Shown: positions 26,666 through 35,274 of the stretch, in pieces
Numbering within the stretch: the first letter of the stretch is position 1
Layout of the letters: every line of letters starts with the position of its first letter
NCBI GenBank assembly: GCA_040006435.1
Contig: JBDTWZ010000001.1
Coordinates: forward strand, 1 to 53,580
Direction of reading: 5' to 3'
Length of the DNA stretch: 53,580 nucleotides
Source: Acidobacteriota bacterium
GTDB taxonomy: Bacteria > Acidobacteriota > Blastocatellia > Pyrinomonadales > Pyrinomonadaceae
Made by a program: the position numbers and the translations under genes
Notes under the pieces: generated by a model
What the model was told of the DNA's origin: nothing
Database searches by the model: none
Seen by the model: only the letters and a program-made list of their open reading frames with translations

Positions 26666-27396
26666 ATCGAACCCCACGCGCGGTCGACCCCGATCCGCTG
26701 CCGCATTTTCGTCCGGTCATCATCGTGATGGCAAAGGTGCCGCGGATAGGTGTCGTGAAGACTCGGCTCCAGCCGTTCCTGACAGGCGAACAATGCTCGA
26801 GTCTTGCTGAAGCGTTTTTGAAAGACACGGTGCGAATGGCGACGAGTATTTGCGCTGACGTGATCGTCGCGTTCTATCCGCCCGACGGGCGGAACGAGAT
26901 CGCACAAATTGTAGGAGCTGACATCACACTGATCCCACAGGATGGAGCAGGCCTTGGCGAACGGCTGGACGGTGCGGTGTCCGAAGCCGCGCATCTGGAA
27001 TTTAGTCCGATCGTCGTAATCGGCACCGATAGCCCGACGCTGCCGTACGAGTTTCTCATCGATGCGATGGCGGCATTCCGCGAACCCGATACGGACGTCG
27101 TTCTCGGCGGTACCGAGGATGGCGGATACTATTTGATCGCGCTGCGCCGGCCGACGCCGGGAATCTTCGATGATATCCGTTGGAGTTCCGAGCACGTCTA
27201 TCGAGATACATTAGCCCGAGCTCAAACGCTCGGGCTAACACGTATAGGCGAGCTTCAACGTTGGTACGATGTCGATAATCCGCCGGACCTTATCCGCTTG
27301 CGAAAAGAGTTCGCGACCGACGGCTCACTCAAATCCCGGTGCCCGAACATGCACGCGTGGCTCGGAGAAAATCTCCTTCCTTTGGACGCGAGTTAA
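26656..27396 (+). CDS. DUF2064-type glycosyltransferase (TIGR04282-like, arsenosugar/rSAM-selenodomain-associated transferase 1)
   Basis: Motifs VIIVMAKVPRIGVVKTRL, IGTDSP and DGGYYLIAL. The start overlaps the preceding stop, and the gene converges on the second transferase with a 4-nt overlap. Confidence 0.75.
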   Translation: MAVNRTPRAVDPDPLPHFRPVIIVMAKVPRIGVVKTRLQPFLTGEQCSSLAEAFLKDTVRMATSICADVIVAFYPPDGRNEIAQIVGADITLIPQDGAGLGERLDGAVSEAAHLEFSPIVVIGTDSPTLPYEFLIDAMAAFREPDTDVVLGGTEDGGYYLIALRRPTPGIFDDIRWSSEHVYRDTLARAQTLGLTRIGELQRWYDVDNPPDLIRLRKEFATDGSLKSRCPNMHAWLGENLLPLDAS

Positions 27397-28094
27397 CCGA
27401 GCCGTCGGGCGGACCGTACAGGTTGATAGAGTTTGACGAGACGGTCAGGACGCACACCGCACCAGAAGAGCACCTGAAGAAAGGACCAGCGAGCAAACAT
27501 CATCGGAAAGCTGCGCCCCTCGAACCTTCGCGATGATGTGACCACTTTCGCATCCAGCGTTTTGAATTTTCCCTCGCGGCGGATGCGGTAGAGCAGATCG
27601 AGATCTTCGAAAAGAGGGAGCGGTTTGAATCCTTCCACCCTTTCGTAAACTCCGCGACGGACAAAGATGCCCGAGTCGCCATACGCAAGACCGAGCCGAG
27701 CAAGCTTCGGGTAAAGCCAACTCATAAAGCGTGCTGGCCGGGACGTACCGTCGAAGACCACCGTAAAATTTCCGCCTACGACAGATGCGTCAAGCAGAGC
27801 ATTCGTAATCTGCTCGAGAGCGTCGGTGTCGGGAATCGTATCAGCGTGAACGAACCAGAGCACATCGCCCGCCGCAGCTTCTGCTCCGACTCGAAGCTGA
27901 GCTCCTCGTCCTTTTTTTGAACGCACGACCCGAGAGCCTTGCTTCAACGCGACATCTGCGGTTCCATCCGAACTCTCTCCATCCGCGACGATAATTTCCG
28001 CGTCGGGACAACACAGCCGCAGCGCCGCGATTGTCGAGTACAAGCTACGCTCTTCATTGAACGTCGGAATTATGATCGATACCGTGGGCACCAA
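27393..28094 (-). CDS. family-2 glycosyltransferase (TIGR04283-like, arsenosugar-associated transferase 2)
   Basis: VSIIIPTFNEE and IVADGESSDGT motifs. Start reassigned to TTG 28094 (or GTG 28091), 5-8 nt after AGGAG. This removes the 86-nt overlap with the upstream gene. Confidence 0.8.
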   Translation of the reverse strand: MVPTVSIIIPTFNEERSLYSTIAALRLCCPDAEIIVADGESSDGTADVALKQGSRVVRSKKGRGAQLRVGAEAAAGDVLWFVHADTIPDTDALEQITNALLDASVVGGNFTVVFDGTSRPARFMSWLYPKLARLGLAYGDSGIFVRRGVYERVEGFKPLPLFEDLDLLYRIRREGKFKTLDAKVVTSSRRFEGRSFPMMFARWSFLQVLFWCGVRPDRLVKLYQPVRSARRLG

Positions 28095-28110
28095 AATATC
28101 TCCTGCTTGT

Positions 28111-28923
28111 TCAATTATCGGAAGATCGCGTTGAACTTGAATTAAATGGAAGGGCGAGCATTGCCGGCAGACCGACATCAACTCGATTTTTGTCACCGGG
28201 AGCTCCGATCACGATCGAACCTTGCGGAACGTCGGTCCGCATCGTGCCGTGCAAACGGTCCCAGACCGTGAGCCCGCTCGACCAATTCGAGTCTGTTTCC
28301 AAAAGTTCAGTGGAATGATGGATGCCGTGCAGCCGCGGCGTCATGATCAAGCGGCTCAGCTTTTTCTCGACATCGAGCGGCAGCCTGAGATTGGAATGGT
28401 GGAAAAGCACCGATGGTAGAAGGAAAGCCTGCCAGGCTTTGAACGACGACGTTGAAACTCCGATGACAACGATCTGCGCCGATCTCCACGCGATCGAAAT
28501 CAATAACTCGCCAAAGTGAAACCGGAGAGCTGTCGATGCGTCGAGATCGCGGTCCGCGTGATGGACCACGTGAAATCGCCAAAGAAAAGAGACCTTATGC
28601 GTCAGGACGTGCCAGATGTAAAGCGTGTAATCAAGCAAGACGACCGCAGCCGCGGTTTCAAGCCATTGCGGCAGTGGCGCGAGATTCAAAATTCCGACCC
28701 GATGTTTCTTGACCCATCTCGTCAACCGATCCGTTACCGGCTTTTCAACCAAATAAAGTGAGCACGCAGCCAAGCCTGCGATAGCGAGATTTCTGCCGGT
28801 GCGCGTAGTTGTCGACTCCACAGGCTTTCGCAGCGGACGTCGTCTCTCCATCACGACCAGCACCGCAAGAGCACCAATAGCTGTAGGAACCGATAATGCC
28901 TTTATTAGTTTCGCGATGCCCAT
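28111..28923 (-). CDS. fatty acid hydroxylase / sterol desaturase superfamily membrane protein
   Basis: His boxes HVLTHK, HVVHH and HGIHH, with several transmembrane helices. Start at ATG 28923, 1 nt after the arsS stop. Confidence 0.8.
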   Translation of the reverse strand: MGIAKLIKALSVPTAIGALAVLVVMERRRPLRKPVESTTTRTGRNLAIAGLAACSLYLVEKPVTDRLTRWVKKHRVGILNLAPLPQWLETAAAVVLLDYTLYIWHVLTHKVSFLWRFHVVHHADRDLDASTALRFHFGELLISIAWRSAQIVVIGVSTSSFKAWQAFLLPSVLFHHSNLRLPLDVEKKLSRLIMTPRLHGIHHSTELLETDSNWSSGLTVWDRLHGTMRTDVPQGSIVIGAPGDKNRVDVGLPAMLALPFNSSSTRSSDN

Positions 28924-28924
28924 T

Positions 28925-29932
28925 CTACGCTCCCGCAACCGCACCGCCGCACGACGAACCTGCACCACCCGTGCAGCCGAAACAATGCTCGGCGATCGTC
29001 ACTTGTCTATTCTCGAGCGCCGACATCTCAAAATCGAAGATCGTCTGCGGCCTGCCGCTTTCGACGGGCAGATCGAGCATCTGATTGAAATCGCAATCGT
29101 ATAACTTTCCGTTCCAGTCGACACTGATCAGATTCCGGCACATCAATCCCGAAACCGTCGCCGGGTTAAAGGCCGCGACAAGCTTCCGCATGTAAGACTC
29201 GGCGTTGCCGGAGCGGTGAAGCCATTCGTCAAATCGGGCGATCGGCATGTTCGTGATCGTGTATAGGTTATCGAAGACGATCGCGTATCGAGCTCTCAGC
29301 TCATGTTTGAAATCGGCTTCGATCGCAGCTTGCGGCGGCGGGAGAAAAGCTCCGACGGGATTGTACACAAGGTCCAGCGTCAGATGTTCCTGACGACCGT
29401 AACCGACATCATTCAACCGTCGAAGAGCCGTGATCGACTTGTCGAATACACCGCGACCGCGCTGCGCGTCGGTCTGCTGCGCGAGAAAATACGGGAGACT
29501 CGAAACAAGAGCCACCTCGTTGCGTGCAAAAAACTCCGGAAGATCTTCGTGACCCGGTTCGTGCATGACCGTCAGGTTGTGTCGAACGATGACCTTCGCC
29601 CCGATCCGCCGAGCCGCATTGACGAGATATCGAAAATCCGGGATCAGCTCCGGTGCTCCGCCCGTGACGTCGAGCGTCGGGATCCGGTGTTTTTCCAATA
29701 CCTGCAAACATGCGTCGACGACCTCGCGTCCCATGATCTCGGTCCGCGTCGGGGACGCATCGACATGACAGTGCTTGCACGCCTGATTGCACAATTTCCC
29801 GACATTGATCTGCAGTGTGCTGATCTCGGTCGAGCGAAGGACGCCGGTGTCGAGGTGATCGGCAAACGACCTCGGAGACGGCGCGATGGGTCTTGTGCGT
29901 TCGCGTGTTATTTGAATCGTAGCAGGCGTCAT
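28925..29932 (-). CDS. arsS: arsenosugar biosynthesis radical SAM protein (Cys form)
   Basis: CNQACKHC radical-SAM motif and a C-terminal Cys-rich tail HCFGCTGGAGSSCGG, typical of the rSAM/Cys-rich (seleno)domain family. Lies in an operon with arsM. Confidence 0.85.
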   Translation of the reverse strand: MTPATIQITRERTRPIAPSPRSFADHLDTGVLRSTEISTLQINVGKLCNQACKHCHVDASPTRTEIMGREVVDACLQVLEKHRIPTLDVTGGAPELIPDFRYLVNAARRIGAKVIVRHNLTVMHEPGHEDLPEFFARNEVALVSSLPYFLAQQTDAQRGRGVFDKSITALRRLNDVGYGRQEHLTLDLVYNPVGAFLPPPQAAIEADFKHELRARYAIVFDNLYTITNMPIARFDEWLHRSGNAESYMRKLVAAFNPATVSGLMCRNLISVDWNGKLYDCDFNQMLDLPVESGRPQTIFDFEMSALENRQVTIAEHCFGCTGGAGSSCGGAVAGA

Positions 29933-30262
29933 TTACATCGAGACCTTGTCGTGTGCGTTGTGCGACTGAATTCCATGGATCAAGCTCGCACCGCCGCGGA
30001 TCGCAGATGCAAGATGCATCGCCTCGGTCATCTGCTCCATATTCGATCCGTTCTCGAGACTCGAATTCGTAAACGCCTCGATGCAGTACGGACACTGGAC
30101 CGTGACAGCGACGGCGAGCCCGATCAACGCCTTTTCCCGCCGAGAGAGCGCTCCTTCTTCCTGACAGGCCTGGTACCACGCCATGAATTTTTCGAACAAG
30201 TGGGGCTGGTATTTTCCGATGTCGCCAAAGCGCTCGAGGTCGTCTTCGTTGTAGTAGTGCAT
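29933..30262 (-). CDS. carboxymuconolactone decarboxylase/AhpD-like protein (arsenosugar-associated peroxidase-like)
   Basis: 109 aa with the CPYC redox motif. Positioned with no gap between arsM and arsS. Confidence 0.8.
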   Translation of the reverse strand: MHYYNEDDLERFGDIGKYQPHLFEKFMAWYQACQEEGALSRREKALIGLAVAVTVQCPYCIEAFTNSSLENGSNMEQMTEAMHLASAIRGGASLIHGIQSHNAHDKVSM

Positions 30263-30271
30263 ACGTGTGTA

Positions 30272-31426
30272 TCAGCAGCAGCCCGTGTCCGGGTCGCACG
30301 AGGCGGCACCCGAAAGATCGGTCACAGTGTAGTCCATGCCCTTGGTCTCGCGCGGATGACGTTTCGCGTTGCGGCGGCAGTCAAATTCAATTGCGTCTTC
30401 CGCGGAAATCGGTTCACGCGGCTCGATACCAATAATGTCGTTCGCGTACGGTTCGCGCGTGTAGATCTCAAACGTCTTTTCGCAAACCGCCATTCGCGCT
30501 CCGCGTTCGAGGACGTGTCCGTCGTCGTCGATCACCTTCTTCCACGGGCCATTGTAGATGATCGCCTGATTCCCTTCCCTGCATTCGCCCTGCTTGCCCT
30601 TATAGGCGACGATGGTCACCGATCGAAACTCGATCCCCTCGACAACCCGCCACGGATTTTCGTCGCGCTTGACGATCTGCATCCCGTAAAAGCCGGCCCG
30701 CTCAAACGCCTCGATGAACGCGTCTTCTCTGAACGCACCCGATATGCAGCCGGACCAAAGATCCGGATCGTTCTGGAGATGCTCGGGGACGTCCTCATCA
30801 GATACGATATCCGAGATCGCAACGCGGCCGCCACGCTTGAGCACGCGGAACATCTCGGCGAACATCTGCTCTTTGTCCGCCGGCTTTACCAGATTAAGAA
30901 CACAATTCGACAGGATCACATCCACGGATGCGTCGGCGACGAGCGGCCGTTCACTTTTTGACTTGTCGATAAACGCTTCGTAGTCGAAAAGGTCCGCGGT
31001 CGTCTGCAGCGGTGTGCGCGACAAATATTCTTCGACAAGTTTTAGATCTAGCCTGAGGTCCTGGATCCGTCCGTACCGAAATTCTACATTGGCATAACCG
31101 ATCGTATCCGCCAGCGCATCACGATATTTATTTGCGAGCGCGAGCATCTCAGTGTTCGTGTCCACGCCGATCACCCTTCCCTTTTCGCCTACGATCTGCG
31201 ATGCGATATAGCAGATCTTCCCGCCACCCGAGCCGAGATCGAGCACGGTATCCCCGGGCCTTACAAACTGTGACGGGTCACCACACCCGTAGTCCCGCTC
31301 GATGATCTCGTCGGGCAGGATCTTCAAAAACTTCGGGTCATATTCTACCGGGCAGCAAAGCGCCTCTTCTTTTAATTTCGCGGCCGCTCCGTATCTCTCG
31401 CGGACCGCGGTCTCGATCTCATGCAT
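30272..31426 (-). CDS. arsM: arsenite S-adenosylmethionine methyltransferase
   Basis: SAM motif VLDLGSGGG and the conserved As-binding cysteines (LCCP, YGCGDP, SNCVLNL, SGCISGA). Confidence 0.88.
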   Translation of the reverse strand: MHEIETAVRERYGAAAKLKEEALCCPVEYDPKFLKILPDEIIERDYGCGDPSQFVRPGDTVLDLGSGGGKICYIASQIVGEKGRVIGVDTNTEMLALANKYRDALADTIGYANVEFRYGRIQDLRLDLKLVEEYLSRTPLQTTADLFDYEAFIDKSKSERPLVADASVDVILSNCVLNLVKPADKEQMFAEMFRVLKRGGRVAISDIVSDEDVPEHLQNDPDLWSGCISGAFREDAFIEAFERAGFYGMQIVKRDENPWRVVEGIEFRSVTIVAYKGKQGECREGNQAIIYNGPWKKVIDDDGHVLERGARMAVCEKTFEIYTREPYANDIIGIEPREPISAEDAIEFDCRRNAKRHPRETKGMDYTVTDLSGAASCDPDTGCC

Positions 31427-31528
31427 GTGTCTATTATAGACGATGCACGATCGAACTCTTTTTATTCCCTGAGACTTCTCTTATAATAGCCCGTCGAACG
31501 TATCGATCATCCCTGTTATGACTTGTTT

Positions 31529-33499
31529 ATGAAGATCAACGACTTTGTAGTCCGCTTTGCGAATGTGAACGGTACCGGTTCGGCATCGGCCAACGCACTG
31601 TTTACAAAGGCAGTGTTTCGCATGGGCGTGCCGGTGACGCCGAAGAATATCTTTCCGTCGAATATCCAGGGGCTGCCGACGTGGTACGAGGTGCGTATTT
31701 CGGAAGGCGGACATCTCGGCCGCCGCGAGGGCGTCGATCTGATGATCGCGGTCAATCCGCAGTCGATGAAAAAGGATTACGCCGATGTTCGCGAGGGCGG
31801 CTATTTTCTTTACGACTCCTCGAAGCCCCTCGCACCCGGTTACGATCGGACCGACATCACCCATATCGGCATCCCGCTGATGACTCTCTGCAATGCAGAG
31901 TTTACCGACGCACGCCAGCGCCAGCTTTTCAAGAACATCGTCTATATCGGAGCCCTTGTCGCTCTGTTCGGGATCGAGTTTGAAATGCTCGAGCAGCTCG
32001 TCGGCGAACAGTTCCGCGGTAAGGAAAAATTGATCGAGCCTAACATCCGGGCGCTCAACATCGGGGTGAAATACACGCGGGAGAATTTCGAATGTCCGTT
32101 AGACATACGCGTCGAACGCCGCGACCTGCTCGGCGATAAAGTTCTTTACAGCGGCAATTCGGCGTGCGCACTCGGTGCGATCTATGCCGGAGCAACCGTC
32201 GCCGCGTGGTATCCGATCACACCTTCAACATCGGTCGTCGATGCGTTTGCCAAGTATGCCGCTAAGTACCGCGTCGACGCCGAGACGGGTATGAACAACT
32301 ACGCGATCGTGCAGGCCGAGGACGAACTCGCGGCGATCGGAATGGTAATGGGCGCGTGCTGGAACGGCGCACGTGCGTTCACCGCGACGAGCGGCCCGGG
32401 CATCTCTCTGATGAACGAGTTCCTCGGCCTCGGCTATTTTGCCGAGGTGCCGACGGTGCTAATAGACGTACAACGAACCGGCCCATCCACCGGCATGCCG
32501 ACGCGGACACAGCAATCCGACATTTTGCTCGCGGCGTATGCGTCGCACGGCGATACAAAACATCCGCTGTTGTTCCCAGCCTCGCCGAAGGAATGTTTCG
32601 AGATGACGGCCGACGCCTTCGATCTGACCGAGCGTCTTCAGACGCCGGTCATCGTCATGACGGATCTCGATCTCGGGATGAACGATCACATCACCGAGCC
32701 TCTTGTTTGGGATGACGCCCGTAAATTTGACCGCGGCAAGGTCCTTACAGCCAGACATCTTGAACGCCTCGGCGGTGCGGCACTGGCTGATATCGTCGAG
32801 GGGATGGAGAACGAAACCGACGGCGACGCGTTCGCGGGCAGCGCCATTGAACAGTTTCGCGGTAAATTTGGCCGCTATCTTGACATCGACGACGACGGTA
32901 TTCCGTACCGCACAGTTCCCGGCGTTCATCCGACGCGCGGGGCATATGTCACACGCGGCTCATCGCGTGACGAGTACGCAGTCTACACCGAGGACGGCGA
33001 CGTCTATCGTCGCAACATGGACCGCCTCGCCCGCAAGTGGGACACGGCGAAGGAGCTGGTGCCGCAGCCGGAATTTTATGGCGACGCGGGGACGGGGCGA
33101 CACGGAGAAGGGGAGAAAGGGAGAAAGGGAGAGGGGCCGACCTCTGACTCGTCACTCGTCACTCGTCCCTCATCACTAAAAAATGACGCCGTCATTTTTT
33201 TCGGAACCTCCACATACGCAGCGATCGAGGCATTGGAGCTATTAGCCGATGAGGGAATCCGACTCGACGCGATGCGAGCCCGTGGATTCCCTTTTGGAAA
33301 GTCGTTTCGTGATTTCATCGACTCACACGACCGCGTCTTCGTCATCGAACAAAACCGCGATGCGCAGTTTCGCAGCCTGATGATGATCGAATTAGGAGTC
33401 GACGCATCAAAGCTTGTTTCGGTCCTAAACTACGACGGGATGCCGATCACGGCGGACAACATCTTCATACAGATTAATTCATTTTCTCAGGACCAATGA
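31529..33499 (+). CDS. korA: 2-oxoacid:ferredoxin oxidoreductase, fused gamma-alpha subunit, with an in-frame repeat insertion
   Basis: N-terminal gamma-like VNGTGSASANALF...PSNIQGLPTWYEVR, and alpha domain with TGPSTGMPTRTQQSD. ATG 31529 preferred over TTG 31523. No beta-subunit gene follows. Confidence 0.85.
   Translation: MKINDFVVRFANVNGTGSASANALFTKAVFRMGVPVTPKNIFPSNIQGLPTWYEVRISEGGHLGRREGVDLMIAVNPQSMKKDYADVREGGYFLYDSSKPLAPGYDRTDITHIGIPLMTLCNAEFTDARQRQLFKNIVYIGALVALFGIEFEMLEQLVGEQFRGKEKLIEPNIRALNIGVKYTRENFECPLDIRVERRDLLGDKVLYSGNSACALGAIYAGATVAAWYPITPSTSVVDAFAKYAAKYRVDAETGMNNYAIVQAEDELAAIGMVMGACWNGARAFTATSGPGISLMNEFLGLGYFAEVPTVLIDVQRTGPSTGMPTRTQQSDILLAAYASHGDTKHPLLFPASPKECFEMTADAFDLTERLQTPVIVMTDLDLGMNDHITEPLVWDDARKFDRGKVLTARHLERLGGAALADIVEGMENETDGDAFAGSAIEQFRGKFGRYLDIDDDGIPYRTVPGVHPTRGAYVTRGSSRDEYAVYTEDGDVYRRNMDRLARKWDTAKELVPQPEFYGDAGTGRHGEGEKGRKGEGPTSDSSLVTRPSSLKNDAVIFFGTSTYAAIEALELLADEGIRLDAMRARGFPFGKSFRDFIDSHDRVFVIEQNRDAQFRSLMMIELGVDASKLVSVLNYDGMPITADNIFIQINSFSQDQ
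33104..33200 (+). repeat. composite periodic repeat inside korA (purine octamers, ACTCGTC heptamers, 11-bp palindrome)
   Basis: GGAGAAGG GGAGAAAG GGAGAAAG GGAGAGGG (33104-33135). ACTCGTC x3 plus CCTCATC ACT (33147-33177), shared with 9672-9688. AAAAAATGACG-C-CGTCATTTTTT (33178-33200). Confidence 0.8.
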
Positions 33500-33569
33500 G
33501 ACCCACGCTGAAGTCAAGGCACGCATCTGACGGAGGCGCGAGGAGCGTCTTGTCTCGTTCCGCATAACC

Positions 33570-34400
33570 TCACGATGTTTGGCGGAATGAATGTGATAGT
33601 ACCCGGGCCATGTTTAGATTTTCAGTTTCGGAAAGATCAGATACAACGAACACGGCCCGCCTATCCTGAGCAAAGCTTGCGACCTGCAATCCATCTTCGA
33701 ACTCGCTGGTGATCGGGCCAGGTACGCCGTCTCGGGATTCCGCGACGACATCAGTCTTGTCGAAAAAAACTGACACTATGTTGCGGCCGTTCCTGACAAC
33801 GACGTGGGTAAATTCCTTTCCCCGGAATTCACAGTCGTGGACGCTCAACATCTCCATCGAATCGGAATATTTTTCTTTTAGCGGAGCGAGTATCTTGTCA
33901 CTATAAACTGCCTTTTCGGGATAGTCCGTCTCCGACATGCGTTCCCACCTGGCGAGCTTTTCCAGTGCGCAGTCCTTGTGGTTTCCTGAAGCAAAGTGCA
34001 CCAGCTCAGCTACGCCATTTGAAAGCGGGTCGTTCCCGTTCGGCCCGCCGAACCCTAGGCTGCTCAGATAATACGAGCCAAATCCGAAGGCGATCAGTAG
34101 AGATGCAACAATCGGGATCAGCACTCGGCGGCTTGTCGATAATTTTGTCCAGAGGCCGGCACCAAGTGCATCTTCCCTCAGACGATTTTTCAATCCCGTA
34201 GCGAAAGAAGGATCGATCCGAAACTCGGCGGCGTTCACGGCAGCCGACGACACGCGTCTGCGCAGCGCACGACGCGATGCAAAGTCTGTTCGGCAATCCG
34301 AACAGTGTTCGAGGTGATGATTTACCTGATGATGGGTTTCCACCAAAAGCTCGTCACTCAGGTACGATTCTGAAATTTCTCGAAATTCCCGGCACTTCAT
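33570..34400 (-). CDS. anti-sigma factor (zf-HC2, single-pass membrane)
   Basis: MKCREF...HLEHCSDC zinc-finger motif, one transmembrane helix and a periplasmic C-terminal domain. Start at ATG 34400, 13 nt after the sigma-factor stop. Confidence 0.8.
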   Translation of the reverse strand: MKCREFREISESYLSDELLVETHHQVNHHLEHCSDCRTDFASRRALRRRVSSAAVNAAEFRIDPSFATGLKNRLREDALGAGLWTKLSTSRRVLIPIVASLLIAFGFGSYYLSSLGFGGPNGNDPLSNGVAELVHFASGNHKDCALEKLARWERMSETDYPEKAVYSDKILAPLKEKYSDSMEMLSVHDCEFRGKEFTHVVVRNGRNIVSVFFDKTDVVAESRDGVPGPITSEFEDGLQVASFAQDRRAVFVVSDLSETENLNMARVLSHSFRQTS

Positions 34401-34413
34401 TACATCTACCTCT

Positions 34414-34983
34414 CTATCGGGCCCCAGCCCTTTCCTGATCTCCAAATCCATGTCGGCTCGCGTAATCCGCCAGTTCGATCCTCAACACGCGACGGCCACG
34501 CGATAGCCGAGACATAACAGTTCCCATCGGAATATCCATTATCGACGAGATCTCCTTGTAAGAGAGTTCTTCCACATCGGCTAAAACCAATACAATCCGG
34601 TAAATTTCGGGGAGACGCCCGATCGCCGCAATGACCTCTTCGTCGGCGATCTCCTGTGGTATCTGAGGTTCAAAGGGAATGGTGTGCGCGATCTCATCGT
34701 CCACGTCTTGGACCAGTTTCAATCTAAGCACCTTTTGAAGCCGACGGACATTTTGCACGTAAAGGATTCGCGTCAGCCATGCCTTGCAGTTCGTGCCCAT
34801 CTGATACGAGTGAAAGGATCTCATCGCCTGGAACATAGTCTCCTGCACGAGGTCCTCCGCCTCGTCGCGGTTACGCGCCAACCACATTGCTGTCCGGAAA
34901 AGGTCAGGAAGCAACGGCATGGCTTCGGATTCGAAGTGCCGCCATTTGTCCTCTCTATTTTCGAGCCACTTTATTCCAAGCAT
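34414..34983 (-). CDS. ECF-type RNA polymerase sigma-70 family factor
   Basis: Region 2 DLVQETMFQAMRSF and region 4 LSYKEISSIMDIPMGTVMSRLSRGR. Confidence 0.85.
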   Translation of the reverse strand: MLGIKWLENREDKWRHFESEAMPLLPDLFRTAMWLARNRDEAEDLVQETMFQAMRSFHSYQMGTNCKAWLTRILYVQNVRRLQKVLRLKLVQDVDDEIAHTIPFEPQIPQEIADEEVIAAIGRLPEIYRIVLVLADVEELSYKEISSIMDIPMGTVMSRLSRGRRVLRIELADYASRHGFGDQERAGAR

Positions 34984-35274
34984 TCGTTAACGAACCCAGA
35001 TTTACGATCTCTGATAATACGATTTACTTCTTATTCTAATTTATTCCGAACATCGAAACTTTTTTCCCTTCGGGAATATTCTCGATCGAAACGCCCATTC
35101 TGTATAAAAGGGAGTACGCGCCTCCGTGGGTTGGAATGAACGATGTGCTTTGAGCAACGAAACCCTATCCACGGCGGGAATTTTTACCTCGCATCTTCGG
35201 GTTGGGTTTGCGGACCAATATTTGTGGGCAACGAACCCGATATTCCGAGGTAATTTCTATTAGAGGAGGATTAG

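Noticed and set aside
28925-28990. Selenocysteine in the ArsS C-terminal tail
   Set aside because: The tail reads through as ...GGAGSSCGGAVAGA with Cys and no in-frame TGA. This is the Cys-type family member.
29303-30961. 552-aa ORF on the plus strand spanning arsS, the CMD-like gene and arsM
   Set aside because: It lies antisense to three genes that have clear family motifs. The protein is Arg/Asp-rich and low-complexity, with no motif, start context or RBS. This is a typical shadow ORF of GC-rich DNA.
33178-33200. Palindrome plus T-run inside korA as an intrinsic terminator
   Set aside because: The loop would be only 1-3 nt, and the site lies in the middle of a conserved domain needed for function. 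It is recorded as part of the repeat finding instead.
34989-35244. Repeated AACGAACCC(A)GAT(A)TT motif (34989-35004 and 35230-35244) as an ECF-sigma promoter for the Met-rich membrane protein
   Set aside because: There are only two occurrences, both on the plus strand. No convincing -10 element sits at the proper spacing, so the evidence is insufficient to call a promoter.
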